Shown: piece by piece, positions 9,517-18,788 of the stretch
How the letters are laid out: each line of letters starts with the position of its first letter
How positions within the stretch are numbered: the stretch's first letter is position 1
From: an uncultured Acidobacteriota bacterium
Lineage (GTDB): Bacteria; Acidobacteriota; Vicinamibacteria; Vicinamibacterales; 2-12-FULL-66-21
Assembly: GCA_963717745.1 (NCBI GenBank)
Contig: CAVQXJ010000011.1
Location: forward strand, 127,942-191,941
Reading direction: 5' to 3'
Length of the DNA: 64,000 bases
Notes under the pieces: model-generated
Databases searched by the model: none
What the model was told of the DNA's origin: nothing
Seen by the model: the letters and a program-made list of their open reading frames with translations, nothing else
Made by a program: the position numbers and the translations under genes

Positions 9517-11212
9517 CTACCGCGCAAAAACTCTTCCGCGGCCCCACAGCGCTCGGCCCGGGCGCGCGTTCGTGTGCTCGCCGTTCCGCAGCACGACCAC
9601 GCCGTTCACCAGCACGTCCCGCACGCCGACCGAGTACTGGTGCGGCGATTCGAACGTGGCGCGGTCGGCCACGGTCGCCGGATCGAAGATGACGACGTCG
9701 GCGAATTTGCCGGGGGTGAGGAAGCCGCGCTGATCGAGCTCGAGGTTGGTCGCGGGCAGGCCGCTCATCCGGTGAATCGCGTCGGCGAGGGTCAGCACCT
9801 TGTCGTCGCGAACGTATTTCCCGAGCACTCGCGCGAAGTTGCCGTAGGCGCGGGGATGCGCCCCCGACTTCGTGAACGGCGGTTCGGGAGCCATCGAGGC
9901 GGCATCGGATCCGAACGACACCCACGGCAGACGAATCTGCATGGTCAGGTTGTCCTCGGACATCATCGAAGTACACCGTGCCGACCCGCGATCGATCCTC
10001 GACCACGAGGTTCATGATGGTCTCGACCGGGTCTTCGCCGCGCAGCCGGGCCGCCTCCGCGAGGGTCTTGCCGGTCAGCGGCTTCAGGGCGTCGGACTTG
10101 AACTCCACCAGCCGCACCCGGTCCGGTGACCCGGCCGCCAGGTAGAGGTTCTCCCACTCGCGGGACGGCGTGCGGATGGCGGCGGCGATCTTCTTGCGGA
10201 TCTGCGGATCGCGCAGCCGCTTGAACGCCTCCTCGTAACCACCGTCGAGGACCCATGGCGGCATCGAGGCATCGAGCCCGGTCGCGCCGGCCGTGTAGGT
10301 GTACATGTCGGCGGTGATGCGGAGCCCGTCCCGCCGCGCCTGCTCGATCATCGCGATCACCTGCGGCATCTTCGGCCAGTTCGCCTCGCCGGCCGCCTTG
10401 AGGTGATAGATCTCGGCGGGAATCCGCGCGTCCCGGCTGATGCGGATCAGCTCTTCGATCGCCTCGACCAGCCGGTTGCCTTCGCTGCGGACGTGCGAGA
10501 TGTACTTGCCGCGGTACTTCGCCGCGACCTTGCACAGCTCGATCAGCTCGTCGGTCGAGGCGTAGAACGCCGGCGCATAGATCAAGGACGACCCGATCCC
10601 GAGCGCCCCCGCCTCCATCTCTCGCCGCACGAGGTCACGCATCGCGTCGAGCTCCGCCGCGCTCGGCTTGCGATCCGCGAGACCGATGACGTGCTCGCGC
10701 ACCGTGGTCGCCCCGAGAAACGACGCGACGTTCTGCGACACGCCTCGCCGCTGCAGCTCCCCCAGATACTCGGCCAGCGTCGTCCAGGTGATGTCGAACT
10801 TGAGGTCGCCCATCTGCTCGACCATCCGCTTCTTCATCGCCTCGTTGAGCGGGCCCATCGAGCTGCCTTCGCCGAAGATCTGCGTGGTCACACCCTGACG
10901 GATCTCTCCCTGCGAGCGGCCGTCGACCAGCAGCGACTCGGTCGACCACGACAGCATGTTGATGAACCCGGGCGCGACCGTGAGACCGGTCGCATCGACG
11001 ACCGTTCCGGCTTTGGCCGCCGACAGGTCGCGCACCGCGGCGATGCGGTCGCCGCGGATCCCGACGTCGGCGCGCACCCCGGGACTGCCGCTGCCGTCGA
11101 AGACGGTGCCGCCGCGGATGATGGTGTCGAACGACTCCGGCTGCTGTGCCGTCGGCCCCGCCGCGACGGACAGTGCACCGACCGCAAGAATCACGCTGAG
11201 GATCAGACGCAT
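9517..11212 (-). CDS. N-acyl-D-amino-acid deacylase family amidohydrolase with signal peptide (frameshift near 9967)
   Basis: IRGGTVFDGSG, VAPGFINMLSW, YISHVRSEG, EIYHLKAAG, FGSDA, HPRAYGNFARVLG, ADVVIFDP. Confidence 0.85.
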
Positions 11213-11301
11213 GCCGAGATTATCGATCCGCGCGCCACGGGAGCCGCCATTTGGCAACGGTGACCTCTGGATCCCTGCACACGCGGGTTATTCGCGCGAC
11301 G

Positions 11302-11376
11302 GCTTCAACAGGAGGCCAGGAGTTCAGGAGACAGAATCATTTGGTTTCTCTCCTGATCTCCTGATCTCCTGTAAAG
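11302..11376. repeat. Family B palindrome, empty copy
   Basis: GCTTCAACAGGAGGCCAGGAGTTCAGGAGA...TCTCCTGATCTCCTGATCTCCTGTAAAG. Confidence 0.9.
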
Positions 11377-11443
11377 ACTGGCCATCGAATTAACCCAGCG
11401 GCCGCTGAAAGCATCGCGGTCCGCCGAGCAGCGGGCAGCTCGC

Positions 11444-11474
11444 TTGACGGCAGTCTTACAACATGTAAGACTGC
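11444..11474 (+). promoter_or_regulatory. Sigma70-like promoter with overlapping palindromic operator (putative PadR autoregulation)
   Basis: TTGACG at 11444; GCAGTCTTACA-ACA-TGTAAGACTGC perfect 11-bp arms at 11450-11474, 5 nt before the PadR ATG. Confidence 0.65.
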
Positions 11475-11479
11475 GCCGC

Positions 11480-11785
11480 ATGGCGGATCGATTGGCGTCG
11501 CTCTCGGACAAGGAACGGCTGATTCTCGAGCTGCTCGGGCGGGCGCGGCAGATGTACGGGCTGGAGCTGGTGACGGCTTCCGAGGGTGCGCTGAAGCGGG
11601 GCACTGTTTACGTCACGCTCGGGCGCATGGAGACGAAGGGGTACCTCGTGTCGCACCTGGAGGAGGAGCCGCCGTCGCAGGGCGGCATGCCTCGTCGCCT
11701 CTATGAGCCGACCGCCTATGGACGGGAGCTGCTGGCCGCCTGGACCTCGGCGCACCGGCGCCTCCGAATGAGGTTCGCGCAGTGA
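11480..11785 (+). CDS. PadR family transcriptional regulator
   Basis: MYGLEL, LKRGTVYVTLGRMETKGYL, PRRLYEPTAYGR winged HTH. Confidence 0.9.
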   Translation: MADRLASLSDKERLILELLGRARQMYGLELVTASEGALKRGTVYVTLGRMETKGYLVSHLEEEPPSQGGMPRRLYEPTAYGRELLAAWTSAHRRLRMRFAQ

Positions 11786-12714
11786 GGGCGCCGGGATACT
11801 GGCTGAGGGCCATCGCGACGCGGTTCTGCGGGCCGCAGACGATGGAGCGGCTGGTCGATCCGATCGTGGCCGATCTGCAGGCGGAGTACGCGGCGTTGGG
11901 TGACGGCGAACGCCTGGCGCCGGCGACGATTGCTGCTCTCGACGTATGTCGCGTTCTGGAAAGCGCTGAGCCTGCACGTCGTGCTGTCGGTCGGTCAGCC
12001 GCCGCCAGAGGGAGCCAGGCTCCGTCGCGCAATCGGCGTCTCCCTGGTCATGCTGGCGTTGTTCACCGCCGCGCTGACCATGCCGCCGTTGTTCAGCGGG
12101 CTCGGCTCGCAGGGTGGGCTGGGCGTTTCGGTCGATGCTGGTACTCCTGCTGATCCCCCAGGCGCTGCCCTTGAGTATTCCCGCCGCCATGTGCATCGGC
12201 ATTCTCTACGCGATGCGGGCCAGTCGGGTGACACGCCGCGATCTGTATGGCGTGGTGGCGATCGCTCTCGTCGCCAGCGCCGCCGTCTGGGCGGTGATCG
12301 AATGGGGCATGCCGCGGCGCGAACCAGGCGTTCCGGGAATTGGTCCACGCACAGCTCACCGGTCGCCGTGTCCACCTCGAGCCGGGCCTGAACGAGCTGG
12401 GGTTCACGGCGCTCGGCCAGCGGACCGATGCCGCCGCCATGCGGCTCTACCACCTGCGGTGGGCGCTGTCGTTCGCGCCGATCCCGTTGGGTGTCTTCGC
12501 GCTGTCAGTGGCCCACGCATCCGAGGCGCAATCGCCGCCGCCGCCCTCGCGGTGTACGGTGCCGTTCTTTTACTACAGCGCGTTGTGGGTGTCCGACTGG
12601 TACCTGACCCAGGGCGTCGCCCTCCCGATCCTGGCGGCGTGGGCGCCCAATGCCCTGTTCCTGGCCGCGGCGCTCGGGTTGATGCCGCGGTGGCGGAGAG
12701 AAGCGGCGATCTAG
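11782..12714 (+). CDS. PadR-associated membrane protein, multiply frameshifted
   Basis: GTGA coupling; N-terminal TMERLVDPIVADLQAEY; hydrophobic segments continue across at least 3 frames, ending LPILAAWAPNALF. Confidence 0.55.
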
Positions 12715-12772
12715 CTGGTTTCCACGGCTTTCACCCCACCAAAAATCGGCACATCGGGCAGGTTGCGAGGCT

Positions 12773-13374
12773 GCTTTAACAGGAGGTCAGGAGGACCGGA
12801 ATTCATTGTTCTCGGGGCACTGGCGACGGTCGGCTGTTTATAGAGGTCGGGATGCACCAGGTCTTCAGGCCAGCTCTCAGACTTCAGTGTTGAAGTTCAT
12901 GAGCAGGCCGACCGGAAAGCCCGTCAGCTTCAGATACGTGATCACCTGCGCCATGAAGACGGGATGCAGACGCTCCACGGCTTTGATCTCGACGATGAGC
13001 CGATGCTCGACGGCGAGATCCACCTTGAGAGAGCGCCAACCGTCTGATCTCGTACTGAATGGCTACTCGCGCTCTCGCTCAACAGCAGTCCCGCCGCTCG
13101 CAATTCAATCGTCATACAGTCCTGATAGATCGACTCGAGCAAGCCTGGCCCAAGCGCCCGGTGGACTTCGATGCCGCAGGCGATCACCCGTTCCTTCAGC
13201 GCTCCAGGTCGTCCGCCAGCACAACCCGCATGCCGCGACGAAAGAAGCAACTACGGCCACGCGAATTGCTTCGGAAACCGCGCGGGCCGGCCGGGCGACG
13301 GCATTTTGACCCAGGGCCGCCGCGTCCTCCGGGAGACAGAAGAACTTTCCGTCCTCCTGACCTCCTGTTAAAGC
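12773..13374. mobile_element. Family B palindromic element carrying a GxxExxY gene
   Basis: Perfect 24-bp terminal inverted repeats GCTTTAACAGGAGGTCAGGAGGAC (12773-12796) and GTCCTCCTGACCTCCTGTTAAAGC (13351-13374). Confidence 0.7.
12810..13231 (-). CDS. GxxExxY protein (PD-(D/E)XK-like nuclease fold), about 5-6 frameshifts; 3' end approximate
   Basis: Reconstructed across frames: ERVIACGIEVHRALGPGLLESIYQDCMTIEL...LKVDLAVEHRLIVEIKAVERLHPVFMAQVITYLKLTGFPVGLLMNFN. Confidence 0.85.
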
Positions 13375-13457
13375 TCACTGCCCTCGCTGAGAAGCTTGTG
13401 TGCCGCGATTGAGAGGTTAACCAGCGCCGCTAAGAGTGGGGTGACCGACGCGCGCAC

Positions 13458-14879
13458 TCATCTGACCCGGGGCAGGAACCCAGGCTTCTTGAGGAAGATT
13501 GGCGCGTTCGGCGGGGTTTCGGGCTTCACGTTGTAGCGCCAGGCCTCGATCAGCCAGAGGCCGCGTTGGCGCATCAGCACCAGCGTGCACAAGCCCTCGG
13601 CCGATGGCGCCGGTTCTCCCTTCGCGTCGGTCATGCCGCGGAGCTCCCATTTGGCGTCCGCGATCGCCACGTCGGGGGTGATGCAGCGAATGGTGCCGAA
13701 GGAGAGGTAGTGCCTCGAATGCCGGTACTCCGGCTGCCTGAAAAGGTAGGCGCGGTTTTCCCCGATGATCTTCGCGTTGCTCTCGACCAGGCCATCCGGG
13801 TGCGCCATGTCGCCCCCCGCGGACCAGAACGAGACGATGCGATCGACGTCCTGGTTGGCCCACGCGAGCTGGAACGCGGGGCCGAGCGCCCGGATGGTCC
13901 GATCGTCGCCGGGCTGGCACTCCCCGTTGGTGGGGCGCGAGGGGGACTGGGGCGGCCGGACGCTCGCCGGCGCCGGAGTTGCCGCAGGGGAACCGGCGAA
14001 CGGCAGCGACGCCTTTCGCAGACTCTCGATGTCCGTGCGGATCGCGCCCACCAGCCCTTCGACGACGACGCGCCCTTTGTCCCGGGTCGCGAGCGAGGGA
14101 TCGCCCCACGCGCCGGTCGGCGAATACGTTCCGCGTCCCCCCTCTCGTCGCGTCAATTGAAATGGCGTGCTCATCGCCGGGTTGTAATCTGGCTGCGCGC
14201 TCGGCATGTTCACGGCCGACGGGTCGATGTAGAGCATCATGGACGTTTCGATCTCGTCGGCGTGGTTGCCGCCCGGCTGCCGCTGCATGCCTCGCGTTTC
14301 GGCCAGGTGGGCGCGCCAGTCGGTGTAGTGCAGCAGGATCCCGTCCGACGCCAGCAGCTTCGCGGCGGCGGCCAGCGCCTGAGCGGAGGAAACGCCGGTG
14401 TTCAGCACGTAGAACCGTCGTGGCCCGCTGCGCGCGAGGCTGCGCACGACGTCCGCCGTCAGGTCGCGCGCGGTGGTCAACGACAGCGAGGTGGAGCCGG
14501 GGTACTCGGCGAATCCTGGAAAGTAGTGATACGGGAGCGGCGGTGCCGCGACGACGTCGGCGAGCTGGAGGAGGCGGCTGGTGAAGTAGTCGGCCAGCGT
14601 GCGATCGTTCCCGAGCTTGAGGTGCAGGCCGTGTTGCAGCGCGGCGGCGCCGAGGGGCAGGACCATCACGGTTTCCGGCGTGAGGCGCCGTTCGGCCACG
14701 GGCCACGTCAGCTCGGCCAGGCTGACGCCGGTGACCACCGGCTCTGCCGGCTTCGCCGGCGGCGCCACGGCCGGCGGCCGTGCCGGCGCCTGGCCGCTGA
14801 GGCCGGTGAGCGGACCGAGCAGAACCACGAAGAGAAACGAACGCCGAAACGTGGTGGCCAGGACTGAAGCGAGCCGCAT
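13458..14879 (-). CDS. Secreted creatininase-family protein fused to a C-terminal SnoaL/NTF2-like domain
   Basis: Signal peptide and Pro/Ala linker; LAELTWP, QHGLHLKLGND, GNHADEIETS, GAWGDPSLATRDKG; then AWANQDVDRIVSFW...ITPDVAIAD...WLIEAWR. Confidence 0.8.
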   Translation of the reverse strand: MRLASVLATTFRRSFLFVVLLGPLTGLSGQAPARPPAVAPPAKPAEPVVTGVSLAELTWPVAERRLTPETVMVLPLGAAALQHGLHLKLGNDRTLADYFTSRLLQLADVVAAPPLPYHYFPGFAEYPGSTSLSLTTARDLTADVVRSLARSGPRRFYVLNTGVSSAQALAAAAKLLASDGILLHYTDWRAHLAETRGMQRQPGGNHADEIETSMMLYIDPSAVNMPSAQPDYNPAMSTPFQLTRREGGRGTYSPTGAWGDPSLATRDKGRVVVEGLVGAIRTDIESLRKASLPFAGSPAATPAPASVRPPQSPSRPTNGECQPGDDRTIRALGPAFQLAWANQDVDRIVSFWSAGGDMAHPDGLVESNAKIIGENRAYLFRQPEYRHSRHYLSFGTIRCITPDVAIADAKWELRGMTDAKGEPAPSAEGLCTLVLMRQRGLWLIEAWRYNVKPETPPNAPIFLKKPGFLPRVR

Positions 14880-14936
14880 GTGTACCTCGCGGATTGGACG
14901 CTTGCCGGTGATCGTCGGCTTTACTCTAATGGGGAT

Positions 14937-14964
14937 CGCCGGGGTCTGAAGACCCCGGCGCTAC
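14937..14964 (-). repeat. GTAG-type REP-like hairpin
   Basis: Reverse strand GTAG-CGCCGGGGTC-TTCA-GACCCCGGCG. Confidence 0.75.
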
Positions 14965-15043
14965 AAATGCTTCCGGGGGTTCGCGGTTCGCGGGCTCGCG
15001 GGTTCGGGGCTCGGCGCGGTGGAAGCACCAGCCAGCTTGACGT

Positions 15044-15119
15044 GTAGGGCGGGGCCTGCCGCCGTCGCTGACGCTATGGCGGACCACCGTAGCCTTGGCG
15101 AAGGTGGCCAGGCCCCGCC
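15044..15119 (+). repeat. GTAG-type REP-like hairpin with a second palindromic unit in its loop
   Basis: GTAG-GGCGGGGCCTG-[..CCACCGTAGCCTTGGCGAAGGTGG..]-CAGGCCCCGCC. Confidence 0.75.
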
Positions 15120-15131
15120 GATGGAGAGATT

Positions 15132-15917
15132 GTGAGCGATTGGGATGCGGCGCGGTATCACCGGGTGTCCGAGCCGCAGTTCGACTGGGGACAGCGGGTG
15201 ATAGCGCGGTTGAAGCCGTCCGCAGGCGAGCGCATCCTCGATCTCGGGTGCGGAACCGGACGGCTGACGCTGGAGATCGTGAAGGCGGCCGGCGGCGCAC
15301 CGGCGCCGCGAGTGGTCGGGCTCGACCGCTCGGGCGCGATGCTTGCGGTGGCCAGAGCCGGCGGCGAGGATTCACACTCACCGGTCGGCTTCGTCCATGG
15401 CGACGGCGCCGCGCTGCCGTTCGCCGGCGTCTTCGACGCGGTGTTCAGCGCCGCGACCCTGCACTGGATTGACGATCATCCGGCGGTGTTCCGCAGCGTG
15501 GCCACCGCGCTCGCGGCCGGGGGACGGTTCGTGGCCCAGTGCGGCGGCAAAGGGAACCTGCAGCGCATGCTCGAACATGCCGAGGTGGTGATGGCACTGC
15601 CGGCCTACCGCGAGCACTTCGCCGGCTGGCGGGGTCCCTGGAATTTCGCCGACGCCGAAGGAACCGCGAGCCGGCTGGACGGCGCCGGGCTGACCGCGGT
15701 CGAGACCTGGCTCGAGGAAGCACCGGTCGATCTGGGCACCGCGGAACGGTACGCCGACTTCGTCTCGTGCGTCTGCATCCGTCATCATCTCGAACGCCTT
15801 CCGCTCGGCCTGCGGGCGCCGTTCACGCAGGACCTGACGGCACGCGCCGCCGGGGATGCTCCGGCGTTCACGCTGGACTACTGGCGCCTCAACATCGACG
15901 CGCGAAAGCCCGCGTGA
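15132..15917 (+). CDS. Class I SAM-dependent methyltransferase (trans-aconitate methyltransferase-like)
   Basis: WDAARY, ILDLGCGTGRLT, FDAVFSAATLHW, TLDYWRLNI. Confidence 0.85.
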   Translation: MSDWDAARYHRVSEPQFDWGQRVIARLKPSAGERILDLGCGTGRLTLEIVKAAGGAPAPRVVGLDRSGAMLAVARAGGEDSHSPVGFVHGDGAALPFAGVFDAVFSAATLHWIDDHPAVFRSVATALAAGGRFVAQCGGKGNLQRMLEHAEVVMALPAYREHFAGWRGPWNFADAEGTASRLDGAGLTAVETWLEEAPVDLGTAERYADFVSCVCIRHHLERLPLGLRAPFTQDLTARAAGDAPAFTLDYWRLNIDARKPA

Positions 15918-17758
15918 TCGCTCACTACGAGCGGCAGGTGGCCGCGCACACGGCTCGCCGGGATGCGGAAGCGGTCGTCTCCACCCGCATCTCGCGTCTG
16001 CGTCTGGCGACCGTCGTTCCTGGCGTCGCGCTGCTCGCCGTCGCGGGCGCCCGCACCTTCTCGTCCGCGGCGCTGACCGGTGGGTTCGCGCTGCTGCTGA
16101 TCTTCGCGGTGCTGGTCGTCTGGCATGCGCGCGTGGAGCAGCGGGTCGCCTGGCACGATGCCCTGCGCACCGTGAATCTCCATGCGCTGGCGCGGATTGG
16201 CCGGGCCTGGGATCGATTGCCGCCCGCGCCCGACCCGCCCCCCGGCATCGAGCGTCACCCATACGCGCACGACCTCGATCTGTTCGGCCGGGCGTCGCTG
16301 CTGCAGTGGCTCGGTCCCCCGGCCACCGCGGCCGGGGCCTTGACGCTCCAGCGCTGGGTGCTCGGCGCGGCGCCGGCGGTCGAGGTCGCCGGACGCCAGT
16401 TGGCGGTGATCGAACTGGCGGCAGCGGTCGAATGGCGCGAACACCTGGCGGCGCACGGGCGTCTCGTCGCCGGAGTCCGCCGCCCCGAGCTCGAAGCCTT
16501 TCTCAGCTGGGCCGAGAGCACGGGGCCGTTCACGCCCAAGGCGGCGATCCGGCTGCGGGTGGCGGTCATGGTGATCACCGTGTCGATTTGGGGCCTGATC
16601 GCGCTGGACGCCGCCACCGACGGCGGCGGCGCGTACTGGCTGATCCCGATCGTCGCCGGCATGATCCTCTCGTTCGTCACCGCGCTGCACGTCCACCGTG
16701 ACTTCGATCGCGCGCTCATCGTGGATCAGGCCTTCGCGCGGTATTCGGACTTGTTCGCGCATGCGCTTCGCACACCGCACGCCGCGCCGCGTCTCGGCGA
16801 CATCCGATCGCGGCTGACCGGATCGGGACGTGATGCCCCGGCCTGCCTGCGCCGCTTGACCCGCATCCTGGGCTTCGCCCAGCTGCGCGCCGGCGCCGCG
16901 ATCTTCCACTTCCCGATCCAGGCGCTCACGCTCTGGGACTTTCACGTGTTCTTCGCGCTGGCCGCGTGGCGGCGGCAGGTGGGGTCGGCGGTGCGCGGCT
17001 GGATGGACGCGGTGGGAGAGCTGGATGCGTTGAGCGCGCTGGCGCAGATCAAGGCCGACAATCCCGAGTGGTGCCTGCCCGAGGTCGTCGACGCGCGCAC
17101 CGACGACCGCAAGGAGCTCCACGCCGCCAGTCTCGGCCACCCGCTGATTCACGACGAGCGGCGGGTCGGCAACGACGTCACCGTCGGACCTCCGGGAACC
17201 CTCCTGTTGATTACCGGTTCCAACATGTCGGGCAAGAGCACCCTGCTGCGCTCAATCGGGCTCAACGCCGTGCTCGCGCAGGCGGGCGGTCCGGTGTGCG
17301 CCCTCTCGCTCAGGATGCCGACCGCGGACATCGAGAGCAGCATCCGGGTGCAGGACTCGCTCGAGCAGGGCCTCTCGTATTTCATGGCGGCGCTGGCGCG
17401 CTTGAAAGGGGTGCTGGATCGCGCCCGGGATCCTGGGGAGGGCCGCGTGGTGCTCTATCTCCTCGACGAGATTCTGCAGGGCACCAACACCGGCGAGCGG
17501 GCGATCGCGGTCCGCGGTGTCGCGCGCCACCTGCTGGACGCCGGTGCGATCGGCGTCATGACCACGCACGATCTGGGGCTGGCCGGGGAAGAGCCGCTCG
17601 ATACGGCGGCGCGGCTGGTCCACTTCACCGAATTGGTGGACGAGCACGGCGGTATGACCTTCGACTACCGGCTGCGGCCCGGCCTGGCGACGTCCCGCAA
17701 CGCGCTGCGGCTGATGCGGCTGATCGGGATTGGTGACGGGGGTCAGACCGGGGTCTGA
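15914..17758 (+). CDS. Membrane-anchored MutS-related ATPase (domain V only)
   Basis: N-terminal TM pair, DLDLFGRASL, LGHPL, ITGSNMSGKSTLLR, LLDEILQGTN, TTHD, FDYRLRPG. Confidence 0.85.
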   Translation: MIAHYERQVAAHTARRDAEAVVSTRISRLRLATVVPGVALLAVAGARTFSSAALTGGFALLLIFAVLVVWHARVEQRVAWHDALRTVNLHALARIGRAWDRLPPAPDPPPGIERHPYAHDLDLFGRASLLQWLGPPATAAGALTLQRWVLGAAPAVEVAGRQLAVIELAAAVEWREHLAAHGRLVAGVRRPELEAFLSWAESTGPFTPKAAIRLRVAVMVITVSIWGLIALDAATDGGGAYWLIPIVAGMILSFVTALHVHRDFDRALIVDQAFARYSDLFAHALRTPHAAPRLGDIRSRLTGSGRDAPACLRRLTRILGFAQLRAGAAIFHFPIQALTLWDFHVFFALAAWRRQVGSAVRGWMDAVGELDALSALAQIKADNPEWCLPEVVDARTDDRKELHAASLGHPLIHDERRVGNDVTVGPPGTLLLITGSNMSGKSTLLRSIGLNAVLAQAGGPVCALSLRMPTADIESSIRVQDSLEQGLSYFMAALARLKGVLDRARDPGEGRVVLYLLDEILQGTNTGERAIAVRGVARHLLDAGAIGVMTTHDLGLAGEEPLDTAARLVHFTELVDEHGGMTFDYRLRPGLATSRNALRLMRLIGIGDGGQTGV

Positions 17759-17772
17759 CCCCGTCTGACCCC
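17739..17772. repeat. GGGGTCAGACC hairpin overlapping the MutS-like stop codon
   Basis: GGGGTCAGACC-GG-GGTCTGACCCC plus an extra GTCTGACCCC. Confidence 0.7.
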
Positions 17773-17784
17773 GCCACTACACAC

Positions 17785-17967
17785 TCAGAGGATGTCGCCT
17801 TCCACCGGAGTCGGGGTGTTGTGAAAGATTGTGGTGCCGTGGTCGCGCGCCGGGGTCAGCCGCAGCTGGTCGGCGTGCGCGGATGTGCTTCGCTGCCGGG
17901 CCCACCACCAGGCGCCAACCGCTGAACCGACCAATCCAGCCAGAAGCCCTACTGTTCGTTTGCTCAA
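17785..17967 (-). CDS. Small (60 aa) single-TM protein
   Basis: TTG start after AGAGGAGG; VGLLAGLVGSAVGAWWW TM segment; upstream sigma54 consensus. Confidence 0.65.
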   Translation of the reverse strand: MSKRTVGLLAGLVGSAVGAWWWARQRSTSAHADQLRLTPARDHGTTIFHNTPTPVEGDIL

Positions 17968-17993
17968 GATTCCTCCTCTTGAGCCTGTAAATC

Positions 17994-18008
17994 GCAAGTC
18001 GGGTGCCA
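17994..18008 (-). promoter_or_regulatory. Sigma54 (-24/-12) promoter
   Basis: Minus strand TGGCACCCGACTTGC, an exact match to TGGCAC-N5-TTGC. Confidence 0.65.
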
Positions 18009-18043
18009 TACGAGGCGGCCTTCGGTTTGCACAACCAGGCGAT

Positions 18044-18535
18044 GTGCGCGCTCGAACCCTGACCCGCCCGGCTTCCGACCGCTACCGTTTCCTCTGGGTT
18101 TCTCTGTTCTGGCTTACGGTCGGGCTCGTGACCATTTATGCCGCCGCCGGATGCCGCAGGGCGGTTCCGCCGCTCCACGCTCCAGGACCCGCCGGCGCGG
18201 CCGGGGCCACCATCAGCGGCACCATCCGCGGACCCGAACGGACGACGGCGATCGACGGACGAATCGTCGACGTGATCAACCTCACAACCAATCAGCGCCG
18301 GCGTGTCACCACCAACCAGGCCGGCGGCTTCTCGGTGACCCTCGATCCCGGCGACTATCGTGTCGAGCTCACGCTGCGCGAAGGCGAAGCCATCGTCCGC
18401 CAGCCCGGCGTGATCCACGTCGATCGCAGCGACGTCGACGCCGATGCGGATTTCGTGCTCGGCACCGGCCGGATCTCGCGTCCGCGTCGTCCGGCCTACA
18501 AGGTGGACGACGGGCTGGGCTCGCCGGTGGCTTAG
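18044..18535 (+). CDS. Carboxypeptidase regulatory-like domain exported protein; start uncertain
   Basis: TM/signal segment, then TISGTIRG...[22 protein letters not shown]. Confidence 0.65.
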   Translation: MRARTLTRPASDRYRFLWVSLFWLTVGLVTIYAAAGCRRAVPPLHAPGPAGAAGATISGTIRGPERTTAIDGRIVDVINLTTNQRRRVTTNQAGGFSVTLDPGDYRVELTLREGEAIVRQPGVIHVDRSDVDADADFVLGTGRISRPRRPAYKVDDGLGSPVA

Positions 18536-18771
18536 TCAAATCCCAAGATCCAAGCTCCAAATCCCAACCACTCCCAAGCTCCAACTCCCAAATCTAATTC
18601 CCAACTCCCAAGTCCCAACTCCCAAATCCCAATCCCAAATCCCAAATCCCAAATCCCCATGTGTCGTAGCTGCTCGGCGATCTTGCGCTGGGATTTGGGA
18701 GTTGGGAATTAGATTTGGGAGTTGGGATTTGGGAGTGGTTGGGATTTGGGATTTGGAGCTTGGGATTTGTC
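18535..18771. repeat. Family A palindrome, copy 2
   Basis: GTCAAATCCCAAG...AACCACTCCCAA / TTGGGAGTGGTTGGG...GGGATTTGTC; overlaps the TAG stop. Confidence 0.95.
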
Positions 18772-18788
18772 GCCGATAATTCCCTTTG

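Noticed and set aside
8093-11257. 1054-aa ORF as a single fusion protein
   Set aside because: It is the D-aminoacylase running out of frame after about 9967 into the antisense strand of the SRPBCC gene
13245-13262. Sigma54 promoter for the GxxExxY gene (TGGCCGTAGTTGC, minus strand)
   Set aside because: GG-GC spacing is 8 rather than 10; cannot be supported in this error-rich region
15914-17758. Canonical mismatch-repair mutS
   Set aside because: Only the ATPase domain plus TM helices; no mismatch-recognition domain
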